40,754 bases of DNA, taken from positions 12,450-53,203 of the forward strand of contig DEIM01000225.1 of assembly GCA_002352485.1 (NCBI GenBank), given 5' to 3'. A model generated the notes under the pieces. That model had not been told where the DNA came from, made no database searches, and saw only the letters and a program-made list of their open reading frames with translations. Below are positions 17,036 to 26,469 of the stretch, piece by piece. Every line of letters begins with the position of its first letter. Positions within the stretch are counted from its first letter, which is position 1. The stretch comes from Candidatus Dadabacteria bacterium UBA2774 (GTDB taxonomy: Bacteria > Desulfobacterota_D > UBA1144 > Nemesobacterales > UBA2774). Both the position numbers and the translations under genes were made by a program.

Positions 17036-19849
17036 ATGAATATTACCGATATGTTTCACGGACCTAATTCGGGGTATATACTCGAGCTTTACGACCGTTA
17101 TGTAGAGGACCCAAGCTCCGTTGACGCAGAGACAAGGGCGCTTTTTGACAACTGGAAGCCCGAAGCTGAAGACAGTACACATGTGGAGGCCAGTCCACAG
17201 GACATGGATAAAATAGTCGGCGCGGCTAATCTTGCACTGGCAATCCGCGCATTCGGTCATCTGGACGCTAAAATTAATCCTCTGGGGATTAATTGCTCTG
17301 GGGATCCTTCGCTTGACCCCGAAACGCATAAAATAACAGAAGAGGACCTTTTTCAGCTGCCTTCGAGCTTAATCGGAGGCCCTATAGCCGAAACTACAAC
17401 CAATGCTGCTGAGGCGATAGAAAAGCTTCGCTCAGTCTACTCGTCCTCAGTAGGATATGATTACTACCACTTACACTCTATTGAAGAAAGAAGGTGGCTA
17501 AGACATGCGGCGGAATCGGGGACCTTCAGACCTCCGAACGACCCTATTAATGAAAGAAGATTACTTGAGAGTCTTACGCAGACTGAGGTGCTGGAGAGGT
17601 TCCTGCACAGAATATTCCCCGGGAAATTCCGTTTCTCAATAGAAGGTGTGGACACTCTGATCCCTATGTTTAACGAGATAGTAGGCCTGGCCGCAGAGTC
17701 AGACATCAATCATATCCTGATCGGGATGGCGCACAGGGGACGCCTGAACGTAATGCACCACGTAATGAATAAGCCCTATAAGGGGACACTGATCAAGTTC
17801 AAGGATCCTGTGCTTCAGAGAGACTTCAGGGACTATATGGGCTGGACAGGCGACGTCAAGTACCACGAAGGAGCACGGCACGCTGTTAAAAAAGGCCGGC
17901 CGATAGACATGGTGATCACGCTTGCCCCAAACCCGAGCCACCTGGAGTCGGTAAACCCTGTTGTAGAGGGTATGACGCGCGCTGCGGGAACTAAAGCGGA
18001 TAGGCCCGGAGCTCCTGAATTTGACCGCACGGTATCGATGCCTATAATCGTTCACGGTGACGCTGCGTTCCCAGGACAGGGAATAGTGTCTGAGACACTC
18101 AATTTGTCCCGTCTACCTGGATACAGTACAGGCGGCACAATACACATAATCACAAATAATCAGCTTGGTTATACAACTTTGCCAAGAGACAGCAGAAGCA
18201 CTCTGTATGCGAGCGACTTGGCCAAGGGGTTTGAAATACCGATAATGCATGTAAACGCAGACGATCCCGAGGCGTGTATTGAATCATCAAGGCTCGCCTT
18301 CGCTTATGTAGATACTTATCATAAAGATTTTCTGATCGATCTGGTCGGCTACAGACGGCACGGTCATAACGAGGCCGATGAGCCCGCTTTCACACAGCCC
18401 AAGCTATATGAAATTGTAGATAAGCATCCTACGGTTAGAGAAATCTGGTCAAACACCCTTATAGAAAGGGGAATTATAGATAGTGAGGAATCAGAGGAAA
18501 TATTAAATAAGTACAACGAGCAGATGCATAGTGACTTTGAATCGCTCGCCCCCGAAGACATGCCCGAGGAATCTCAGCCTGAGAGGCCCCCTGCGGGTGC
18601 GGCCCAAAAGGTGAAGTCATCGGTATCGGCAGGGGCACTCAGGGAACTGAACCAATCGCTGCTCAAGGTACCGCAGGATTTTAAAATAAATCCCAAATTA
18701 AAGCGCGCAAGAGAACGCTGGGCGAATGCGCTCGAGGGTACGGATAGCAAGACCATAGACTGGGCGATGGCAGAGCAGCTTGCTTTTGCATCGATACTGG
18801 CTGACGGCACGCCGATACGCCTTACGGGGCAGGATTGCGAGCGCGGCACATTCAGTCACCGACATGCTGTGCTGCACGACTTTATTAGCGGGGAATCTTA
18901 TAATTCGCTCCAAAATATCCCTCAGGCAAAAGCTGCTTTTGAAATCTACAACAGCCCGCTCACTGAAAATGCGTGCATCGGCTTTGAATACGGCTATAAC
19001 ATACATAAACCAGAATCACTTGTAATCTGGGAAGCTCAGTACGGCGATTTTATAAACGGCGCACAGACTATCCTTGATGAATACCTGGTATCCGCAAGAG
19101 CCAAGTGGGGCCAAACGCCTTCGCTTGTATTGCTGCTGCCGCACGCTTACGAGGGGCAGGGACCGGATCATTCATCCGGGCGGATGGGTAGGTTCTTAGA
19201 TTCGGCGGCTGAAATAAATATGCGCGTTGCCAACTGCACGACTTCTGCTCAATACTTTCATTTACTACGGCGTCAGGCCGGAGTGCTCGATATAGACCCG
19301 CTCCCGCTGATAATCCTCACGCCTAAGAGTCTGCTAAGAAATTCGCTCGTTTTCTCATCACTAAAAGAGCTTACACAAGGCACTTGGCAGCCGGTTATAG
19401 ATGATGAGATGGACGATAAACAGGCTAAAAAAGCCAAGCGTTTGATACTGTGCAGCGGTAAGGTTTACTGGGATCTTGTATCGAGCGAATATTACGAAAA
19501 AAGTGCTGGGGATATTGCGATTGCCAGAGTTGAGCAGCTCTACCCCATACCGACAGTGATGATCAGCAAGGTGCTTAGCAGATACCCAAAACTTAAGGAA
19601 GTCGTATGGATTCAGGAGGAGCCCGAAACAATGGGAGCCTGGATGTTTATGTTCCCGTTCTTCAGAAAGCTGATCGACGGTAGATTTCTACTGCATTATA
19701 TGGGCAGAAAACGTAACTCGAGCCCAGCTGAAGGCTCGCTGTCGATGCACAGGGTAAATCAGCAGGCTCTGGTACAACAAGCGTTTACGCTGGATAAAGA
19801 ACTGCCTAATCTGGATGAGCTTGGTATTACCTGGGTAAAAAATGTATAA
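17036..19849 (+). CDS. sucA: 2-oxoglutarate dehydrogenase E1 component
   Basis: 937 aa. The N-terminus GPNSGYILELYDRYVEDPSSVD is typical of SucA. TPP-dependent E1o core (HGDAAFPGQG, GHNEADEP, WEAQYGDF). Confidence 0.93.
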   Translation: MNITDMFHGPNSGYILELYDRYVEDPSSVDAETRALFDNWKPEAEDSTHVEASPQDMDKIVGAANLALAIRAFGHLDAKINPLGINCSGDPSLDPETHKITEEDLFQLPSSLIGGPIAETTTNAAEAIEKLRSVYSSSVGYDYYHLHSIEERRWLRHAAESGTFRPPNDPINERRLLESLTQTEVLERFLHRIFPGKFRFSIEGVDTLIPMFNEIVGLAAESDINHILIGMAHRGRLNVMHHVMNKPYKGTLIKFKDPVLQRDFRDYMGWTGDVKYHEGARHAVKKGRPIDMVITLAPNPSHLESVNPVVEGMTRAAGTKADRPGAPEFDRTVSMPIIVHGDAAFPGQGIVSETLNLSRLPGYSTGGTIHIITNNQLGYTTLPRDSRSTLYASDLAKGFEIPIMHVNADDPEACIESSRLAFAYVDTYHKDFLIDLVGYRRHGHNEADEPAFTQPKLYEIVDKHPTVREIWSNTLIERGIIDSEESEEILNKYNEQMHSDFESLAPEDMPEESQPERPPAGAAQKVKSSVSAGALRELNQSLLKVPQDFKINPKLKRARERWANALEGTDSKTIDWAMAEQLAFASILADGTPIRLTGQDCERGTFSHRHAVLHDFISGESYNSLQNIPQAKAAFEIYNSPLTENACIGFEYGYNIHKPESLVIWEAQYGDFINGAQTILDEYLVSARAKWGQTPSLVLLLPHAYEGQGPDHSSGRMGRFLDSAAEINMRVANCTTSAQYFHLLRRQAGVLDIDPLPLIILTPKSLLRNSLVFSSLKELTQGTWQPVIDDEMDDKQAKKAKRLILCSGKVYWDLVSSEYYEKSAGDIAIARVEQLYPIPTVMISKVLSRYPKLKEVVWIQEEPETMGAWMFMFPFFRKLIDGRFLLHYMGRKRNSSPAEGSLSMHRVNQQALVQQAFTLDKELPNLDELGITWVKNV

Positions 19850-19866
19850 ATTATCGGAGAGAAAAC

Positions 19867-21126
19867 ATGTCTATTGATATTAAAGTTCCCGAGCTTGGAG
19901 AATCCATAGTTGAAGCGACGGTAATCAGATGGTTCAAGTCCGTAGGAGACCCTGTTAAAGTAGGGGAAGCTCTTGTTGAGCTTGAAACTGAGAAGGCCAA
20001 CTTTGAAGTCGCTGCCGAAAAACCAGGCGTGCTGACAAGTATCGTTAAGGGGGATGATGAGGACGTTGAAGTTGGAGACCTGATCGGGGTAATGGAAGAA
20101 GGCACAGTAGGGACAAGTGATGCGGAAACAAAGGAAGAGCCTCATGAAGCTGAAGAAGTAAAAATAGAGGTGAACGAAGATATTACTGAAAGCGAGAAAG
20201 TAACCCCTGTTGCAAGACGAATAGCAGAGGAGCACGGAGTCGATATAAACCTGGTAGCGGGAACCGGGCACGGAAACCGAGTAACCAAAGAAGACGTCGA
20301 GAGCTTTATAGCAAGTAAAGGTGCAGCACAACCCCGGGTAGAAGAAGTATCTAATGTCGAGCCCATACGTAAAGAGGTAGCGCCGCTTCCGGCAGAGCAA
20401 GCTCCTCAGATCACTTTCGGCAGAGACGTAAGGGAAGAGCGTATCAAGATGTCCCGCAGGCGTAGAACCATTGCACGCCGCATGCTCGAAGCAAAGCAGA
20501 CGACAGCTATGCTGACGACGTTTAACGAGATAGACATGGGCGCTGTCATGGAACTCAGGAAACGCAGAAAAGAAATATTTAAGGAAAAGTACGGTGTCGG
20601 ACTCGGGCTAAATTCATTCTTTGTTAAAGCCGCTATCGGCGCACTGAAAGAGTTCCCTCAGATAAACGCCGAAATAGACGGCGACGACATGATTATTAAG
20701 CACTATTATGATATCGGGATTGCAATCGGGGCCTCTGAAGGACTCGTTGTACCTGTGCTTAAGAACGCTGACAGTATGACGTTTGCGGCTATTGAAAAGG
20801 GCATTAAAGAGTACGCTCAAAAATCTGAAGACAACACGCTGTCGCTTGAGGACATAATGGGCGGCACGTTTACCCTCACTAACGGAGGCGTATTCGGCTC
20901 CCTCATGAGTACGCCAATATTAAACCCGCCGCAGGTGGGGATATTGGGACTCCATAAGATAGAGCCAAGACCCGTAGTAATAAACGGCGAGCTTGAGGTA
21001 AGGTCGATGATGTATGTCGCTCTGAGCTACGACCACAGAATAGTGGATGGACGTGAGGCAGTTCAGTTCCTTGTGAGGCTAAAGGAGCTTATCGAGGACC
21101 CTGAATCACTTCTTCTCGAAGGATAA
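19867..21126 (+). CDS. sucB: dihydrolipoyllysine-residue succinyltransferase (E2o)
   Basis: 419 aa. Lipoyl domain with ELETEKA, E3/E1-binding domain (PVARRIAEEHGVD) and a catalytic domain ending in SYDHRIVDGREAV. Confidence 0.93.
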   Translation: MSIDIKVPELGESIVEATVIRWFKSVGDPVKVGEALVELETEKANFEVAAEKPGVLTSIVKGDDEDVEVGDLIGVMEEGTVGTSDAETKEEPHEAEEVKIEVNEDITESEKVTPVARRIAEEHGVDINLVAGTGHGNRVTKEDVESFIASKGAAQPRVEEVSNVEPIRKEVAPLPAEQAPQITFGRDVREERIKMSRRRRTIARRMLEAKQTTAMLTTFNEIDMGAVMELRKRRKEIFKEKYGVGLGLNSFFVKAAIGALKEFPQINAEIDGDDMIIKHYYDIGIAIGASEGLVVPVLKNADSMTFAAIEKGIKEYAQKSEDNTLSLEDIMGGTFTLTNGGVFGSLMSTPILNPPQVGILGLHKIEPRPVVINGELEVRSMMYVALSYDHRIVDGREAVQFLVRLKELIEDPESLLLEG

Positions 21127-21145
21127 AAAGCACTCGGATACGGCT

Positions 21146-21862
21146 CTAGTTTTTAAAACCTACTCTGTTTTCTTCCCAGTAGGGGCCTGCATATTTCTCT
21201 ACCCCTAAACCCAGGAGATCCAGGAGCCAAATCTTTATATCACCTGCGAAAACTGTGTAGATCCCCCCAGATATCAAACGGCGGGGCGAAGTTTTTATCA
21301 CTCTATCAATAAGCTGTAACTTCCCTACGCTCCTTAATATTTTGCATAGATAGGCAGATTCGAGAATGCGCATATCGGGATAGCCCCCTACCCTGTTAAA
21401 TACCTCGGCGCGTACGAATACGCCTTGGTCTCCGTAGTAGCGCTGCCTTATTCTGTAGCGAAATCGGTTTACTAGTTCGACCACACGGAGTCCTAATTCA
21501 GAGCCGCTAAAAGAAAACTCAAAAGCCCCGCCTACTGTGGCCGAATCGTTAAGAGATTTTTCAATTAAGAGATCGTATGCGGGAGGAAGAATCGTGTCTG
21601 CGTCCAGAAATAAATATACATCCCCGGTTGCATGGGAAGCGCCCTTGTTTAGTATACGAGCCTTTCCCGGAATATTATCTTCACATTTGAAGAGCTTTGC
21701 GCCTAAACTCTTTGCAACCTCGGGCGTCCCGTCCCGGGAACCGGAATCCACAACGATGAGCTCATGAGTATGCCCAGAGAATGCGTTTTCCCTTGCTGCG
21801 AGAATCGTATCGGGCAAGTAATCGGCTTCGTTAAGCGCCGGAATTATTATGCTCAGTTTCAT
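21146..21862 (-). CDS. family 2 glycosyltransferase
   Basis: 238 aa. N-terminal LSIIIPALNEA, and the GT-A DxD region FLDADT. Confidence 0.8.
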   Translation of the reverse strand: MKLSIIIPALNEADYLPDTILAARENAFSGHTHELIVVDSGSRDGTPEVAKSLGAKLFKCEDNIPGKARILNKGASHATGDVYLFLDADTILPPAYDLLIEKSLNDSATVGGAFEFSFSGSELGLRVVELVNRFRYRIRQRYYGDQGVFVRAEVFNRVGGYPDMRILESAYLCKILRSVGKLQLIDRVIKTSPRRLISGGIYTVFAGDIKIWLLDLLGLGVEKYAGPYWEENRVGFKN

Positions 21863-21978
21863 GAAACTATATGGAATTATTCCTGTTGACTTAAGTATAG
21901 ATAAGTATTAGATGAGAAAGTAGTGATTTATGTTCACATAACAGAAAGTTCTCAGGATAAAGGTTAAAAAGCTGAAGG

Positions 21979-24507
21979 TCAGGAGATGGCTGCAAGCTCT
22001 ACCACAGAGCTGAATTTTCTAAGCACCTCGTCCAGTAAACCGGGATAATCCAAGAGATCGGGGTCGGCCCTGACAAGCTCAAAGGCATCTTCTCTGGCCT
22101 CGCCTAATATTCTTATATCTCTTATCAGGTTTGCAAACATAAACTGCGGGAGACCGGACTGTTTTGTGCCGAGAAAGTCCCCTGGGCCGCGTATCAATAA
22201 ATCGGCTTCGGCAATCTTAAAGCCGTCCCCTGTCTCTTCCATGATACTGAGCCTCTTCTCAGCGTCCTCCGAGCGCTTGAAACCTGAAAGCAGTATGCAG
22301 ATTGAATCGTGCTCTCCCCTTCCGATCCTACCCCTTAGCTGATGGAGCTGGGTAAGCCCGAAGCGCTCTGCATTCTCAACTACAATTACTGAGGCGTTGG
22401 AAACGTCCACACCGACCTCTATAACAGTAGTGGATACAAGTATTTGGATATGGTTTGATATAAATCTCTTCATTACAGCTTCTTTTTCCTCAGTCTTCAT
22501 CCTGCCGTGAAGAAGCCCTACTTTATACTCAGGAAATACGTCGTTACTAAGCTCCTCAGCCATTTGAGTTGCGTACTTGAGATCTTTAAAGTCAGGGTTC
22601 TCGGATTCCTCGATCATGGGGTATACGACATAGGCCTGCCTTCCTTTCCGAATCTCCTTCCTTACGGTCTCATACGCTTTTTCACGCGAGCTCTTGTGGT
22701 CATAATAAAGTTTGGTCTTTATTTCCTTTCGGCCCGGAGGGAGCTCATCAAGGACAGACACATCGAGATCGCCGTAAACCGTAAGCGCCAGTGTACGGGG
22801 GATTGGGGTTGCCGTCATGACGAGCACATCAGGATTAGCGCCTTTACCCATAAGCTCGGCCCTCTGCATCACGCCGAAGCGGTGCTGCTCGTCTATAACT
22901 ACGAGCCCAAGGTTCTTAAAGTCCACTTTTTCCTGAAGGAGCGCATGAGTGCCGACTGCTATCTGCGCTTCGCCCGACTGGAGCGCTTTGTAGTAGGTGT
23001 TTTTCTCACTCTTTCCGAGGCCGCTCTTTAGAAACACGACACGCATGCCCATAGCTTTTACATAACTTAAAACAGAGGCCAGGTGCTGCTCTGCAAGGAT
23101 CTCCGTAGGAGCCATAAACACGGCCTGGTAGCCGCATTCTACGGCTTTTAGTATTGAAAGTACGGCAACGATTGTCTTTCCGCTTCCGACGTCTCCCTGA
23201 AGAAGCCTGTTCATCGGTCTATCGGAACGCATGTCGTTTTCGATCTCTGTAACAGCTCTTTTCTGAGCCGCAGTGAGATCAAAAGTAAGGCGGGAAAGGA
23301 GTTTTGATGTAAGCTCTCCTGTGGGTGAAAAAGCTATTCCGGCAAGCCTTGCTACATCGCGCTTTTTGAGCGCAAGGCCAAGCTCCGTTAAAAAGAACTC
23401 AGAGTATGCGAGCGTCTTATGGGATAGAGAGTGATAAACAGAGTCCGTATCCGCTAAGTCCACCACGCGGTCGTCCTGCGCCGGAAAATGGACTCTTTGT
23501 AGAGCGCTACTAAAACCGAGAAGCCCTCTTTTTTTCTTTACGTATTCCGGGAGAAAGGATTCGAGCGCTGGGCTGTATATGTCCACGACGGATTTCATGA
23601 TACTTCTCATCCGTCTTTGCCCTATACCCTCTGTTAAAGGGTAGATGGGCACTATGCGGTTAAAATGGACATTGTCGTGGTCTAAATCCTCTCCGCTATC
23701 TATTACCTCTATGTCCTCGGGCCTCGGGTGAACTACCTGAAGCGCGTCCCTGTAACCGAACGACACCTCGCCAGTGAGTATCACGGAGGCCCCTTTCTTG
23801 TAAGCTGCTCTTAGATATTTCTCACTAAACTTAAACCATACAAGGGTAACCATCGCCGTGCCGTCAGATAGGACTACCTGATACATTCCGCCCCTTCTGG
23901 TGCGCACTCTGCCCGAGACCATTATCTCGCCCATGAACGTCTCGCGCTCACCGGCTATGAGCTTTGACATGCTCTTTACAGTCGTTCTGTCCTCATACTT
24001 TCTGGGGAAATAATAGAGCGCGTTCTCGATATTCTCTATACCCTTTTTCTTTAGAAGCGATGCTATTCTGGGGCCTACTCCCTTTACGTACTGTATGGAG
24101 ATTTCTGATAAATCATCACCCCTTGATACTGCTTTGGAGCTCATTTGTGAAGAGCTCTCTTCTTTATCTTCAGGTTCTTTTTTCCGTGGAGGCTTTGAGG
24201 TTTCTGTCTCCATAGGTACCTCTTGGACCACGCCCTGCATCATTCCCCGCACATCATGGAGAGCTCTTTTAATAAGCTCTTTTTTGTCGGTATCTGAAAG
24301 CTCATCGTAGCCTGAGAATGAGCTTTTAAGCGATTCGAGCACTTTTATACTGTCCTTGGATAGCGGAAGCGAGAGCGCTTTTAAGGTGAGGTCGTCTACA
24401 AGCCCGGACAGCGACTTTACTTTATCAATATTTGAAAAATTATTCTTTGAGATAAATGTAAGCGGTTTCTCGAGTGTCGTTAATATTGCTCTTAGCTCAT
24501 CTGACAT
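21979..24507 (-). CDS. recG: ATP-dependent DNA helicase RecG with an N-terminal extension
   Basis: 842 aa. Canonical RecG begins near aa 134 (IQYVKGVGPRIA...FPRKYEDRT). Walker A GDVGSGKT, then DEQHRFG and a TRG-like C-terminus. No SD before the ATG at 24507. An internal Met99 with aagagg upstream is an alternative start. Confidence 0.92.
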   Translation of the reverse strand: MSDELRAILTTLEKPLTFISKNNFSNIDKVKSLSGLVDDLTLKALSLPLSKDSIKVLESLKSSFSGYDELSDTDKKELIKRALHDVRGMMQGVVQEVPMETETSKPPRKKEPEDKEESSSQMSSKAVSRGDDLSEISIQYVKGVGPRIASLLKKKGIENIENALYYFPRKYEDRTTVKSMSKLIAGERETFMGEIMVSGRVRTRRGGMYQVVLSDGTAMVTLVWFKFSEKYLRAAYKKGASVILTGEVSFGYRDALQVVHPRPEDIEVIDSGEDLDHDNVHFNRIVPIYPLTEGIGQRRMRSIMKSVVDIYSPALESFLPEYVKKKRGLLGFSSALQRVHFPAQDDRVVDLADTDSVYHSLSHKTLAYSEFFLTELGLALKKRDVARLAGIAFSPTGELTSKLLSRLTFDLTAAQKRAVTEIENDMRSDRPMNRLLQGDVGSGKTIVAVLSILKAVECGYQAVFMAPTEILAEQHLASVLSYVKAMGMRVVFLKSGLGKSEKNTYYKALQSGEAQIAVGTHALLQEKVDFKNLGLVVIDEQHRFGVMQRAELMGKGANPDVLVMTATPIPRTLALTVYGDLDVSVLDELPPGRKEIKTKLYYDHKSSREKAYETVRKEIRKGRQAYVVYPMIEESENPDFKDLKYATQMAEELSNDVFPEYKVGLLHGRMKTEEKEAVMKRFISNHIQILVSTTVIEVGVDVSNASVIVVENAERFGLTQLHQLRGRIGRGEHDSICILLSGFKRSEDAEKRLSIMEETGDGFKIAEADLLIRGPGDFLGTKQSGLPQFMFANLIRDIRILGEAREDAFELVRADPDLLDYPGLLDEVLRKFSSVVELAAIS

Positions 24508-24827
24508 TGATAAGATTTTACAGTGACTTATGAAACTATTTCAAGTCTTGAAGCAGAGAAGTCCTTTTCTATTGCTATAAAAAGATACACGAACGGCTGT
24601 GTAATATTGCACAATTCTACCAATCTGAAAGCCTCTTTGAGTAAACGCTGATGATCTAAGGTGCTGTGATTACAGCAAATATAGAAATTTCATATAAATG
24701 GCATATATATTGCAAATTTAAGGTAACAAACCGAATAAGAAAGGATGGCGGAGGACACTTGCAGAATAATAATTATCCGCTCAGGATTTATTCACACCAA
24801 TATTACAACTTATAAAGGAGAGAGATA

Positions 24828-25970
24828 ATGAAATATCAAGAAGCTCAGGCAGTTGATAACGATACCCCTTCCTTTAGTGATACCTATGATAAAACTACGG
24901 ACAATGCAGGAATACACAGAGAACAGTTCTTCGATGTCCAAAATAGTGAAAGTGCTTCCGTAAAAGAAAACCACTCTGTGGTCCGTCCAAAAGAGAATAA
25001 ATCTCATACGGACGACCAGTTCAGAATTATGAACGATTACTTTAGTGATATAGCGAACGAACCCTTACTCACCTTAAGAGAAGAGATAGAGCTTCCGACA
25101 AAGATAAAAAAGTGTGAATCTAAAGCAAAAGAAATAGAGTCGTGGCTCGAATCACCGGACCAGAGCAAAAAAACTGAGAAGGGCTGTCAATGCGTCATAA
25201 AAAACACTCGGAGGCTACAGGCGTCCCTTAGAGCATACAGTGAAAGATCCAAACAGCTTAAGAAGAGATTTGCTAATGCTAACCTGAGGTTGGTCATAAG
25301 TATAGCAAAGCGCTACGTAAACCACGGCCTTCCTTTTCTAGACCTCATACAGGAAGGAAATATAGGGCTTATGAGGGCTATAGACCGCTTCGACCATACA
25401 AGAGGGTACAGATTCTCGACCTATGCCTCCTGGTGGATTTACCAGTCTATTACAAGAGCGATACTGGTACACAGAGGGGCAGTTAGGGTCCCGGTATACC
25501 TGCTTGAGGTAACGAACAGAGTCTACAGAACGAGATCAATCCTACTTAAAGAAACCGGCAGGAGCCCTTCTTCTGAGGAGATAGCAGAGCAATCCGGGGT
25601 ACCTATAAAGTATGTTAAGCGAATTCTGAAGATTACAAATGAATCCGTGAGCCTGGATACACCTGTTGACGGTGAAAAGAGGACTCTCTATGATTTCATA
25701 GAGAACAGTGACTCAATTTCTCCCGACTACATCATCGTTGAGGACGAGCTTAAAAAAAGCATACGTCACTCGCTGTCGCTATTGAGCCCGAAAGAGGAAG
25801 AGGTACTCAGAATGCGTTTTGGCATAGACAGGAAAGATACCGTAACGCTCGATGACATAGGCAAAAAATTTCAACTAACGCGAGAAAGAATCAGGCAGAT
25901 TGAGAAAAAGGCTCTAAGAAAATTATCTGTTTGTAAGATGAAGGAAGCTCTGAAAAACTTCCGGACATAG
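24828..25970 (+). CDS. RNA polymerase sigma-70 family factor (RpoD/RpoS-like group)
   Basis: 380 aa with SD aaggagag. Region 2: NLRLVISIAKRY, DLIQEGNIGLMRAIDRFD, YASWWIYQSITRAI. Region 4: LDDIGKKFQLTRERIRQIEKKALRKL. Confidence 0.88.
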   Translation: MKYQEAQAVDNDTPSFSDTYDKTTDNAGIHREQFFDVQNSESASVKENHSVVRPKENKSHTDDQFRIMNDYFSDIANEPLLTLREEIELPTKIKKCESKAKEIESWLESPDQSKKTEKGCQCVIKNTRRLQASLRAYSERSKQLKKRFANANLRLVISIAKRYVNHGLPFLDLIQEGNIGLMRAIDRFDHTRGYRFSTYASWWIYQSITRAILVHRGAVRVPVYLLEVTNRVYRTRSILLKETGRSPSSEEIAEQSGVPIKYVKRILKITNESVSLDTPVDGEKRTLYDFIENSDSISPDYIIVEDELKKSIRHSLSLLSPKEEEVLRMRFGIDRKDTVTLDDIGKKFQLTRERIRQIEKKALRKLSVCKMKEALKNFRT

Positions 25971-26053
25971 TGTGAATTGATATGGAATCCGAACGTTTTT
26001 GTAACTTTGATTAATTAGTACTGTTTTAAATAACACTAATTTACTTGTGTGAT

Positions 26054-26082
26054 TTGACACATTTGAGTAAGTCTTATATAAT
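26054..26082 (+). promoter_or_regulatory. perfect-consensus sigma-70 promoter
   Basis: TTGACA (26054-26059), 17-nt spacer, TATAAT (26077-26082). Read directly from the sequence. It lies about 135 nt upstream of the ATG at 26217. Confidence 0.5.
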
Positions 26083-26216
26083 GTTTCTACATATTGCCTA
26101 CACTAAGCAATTGATATTATTACATATTGCAAATAAACAGTGTCTTGGTACGGAAATTGCTCTAATTAAAATGCCGGCCATAGGTGGCAGGCAAATCAAT
26201 CCAGGAGGGTTACATT

Positions 26217-26444
26217 ATGAGATTACTAACCTATTTGTTCGCGCTCATGCTGGTAATGGGTGTATCATTCGGCGGGGCTTCAATAATCACGAGCCAGCCG
26301 GTTATGGCTGAAGAAGGCGAAACTGCTGGCGGCGAGATGACAGATGAGGCCGCAGGCGATGACGAAGGTGCAGAAGCAGCTACAGAAGAAACCGCTGAAG
26401 GCGAAATAGAAGGCGGCGAAATGGCTGACGACGCCGAGAAATAA
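26217..26444 (+). CDS. small secreted, highly acidic Glu/Ala/Gly-rich peptide (75 aa)
   Basis: The ATG at 26217 has SD aggaggg (26203-26209) 7 nt upstream; the ORF track starts at the GTG at 26184. Signal peptide MRLLTYLFALMLVMGVSFGGASIITSQPVMA. The mature part of about 44 aa is roughly 40% Asp/Glu, with the GGEM(T/A)D motif twice. Confidence 0.55.
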   Translation: MRLLTYLFALMLVMGVSFGGASIITSQPVMAEEGETAGGEMTDEAAGDDEGAEAATEETAEGEIEGGEMADDAEK

Positions 26445-26469
26445 GGTTTTGAGTTTTTGAATATAATCG

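Noticed and set aside
19759-20400. Long antisense ORF (213 aa) opposite sucB. Similar shadow ORFs lie inside recG (22507-23031), the ABC ATPase gene (10137-10604), sucA (17699-18055, 18698-19006), the OmpA gene (30000-30479) and others.
   Set aside because: Each lies wholly within a gene whose product has clear family motifs. Their translations are low-complexity or Cys/Ser/Leu/Arg-biased, and they have no SD. These are typical shadow ORFs.
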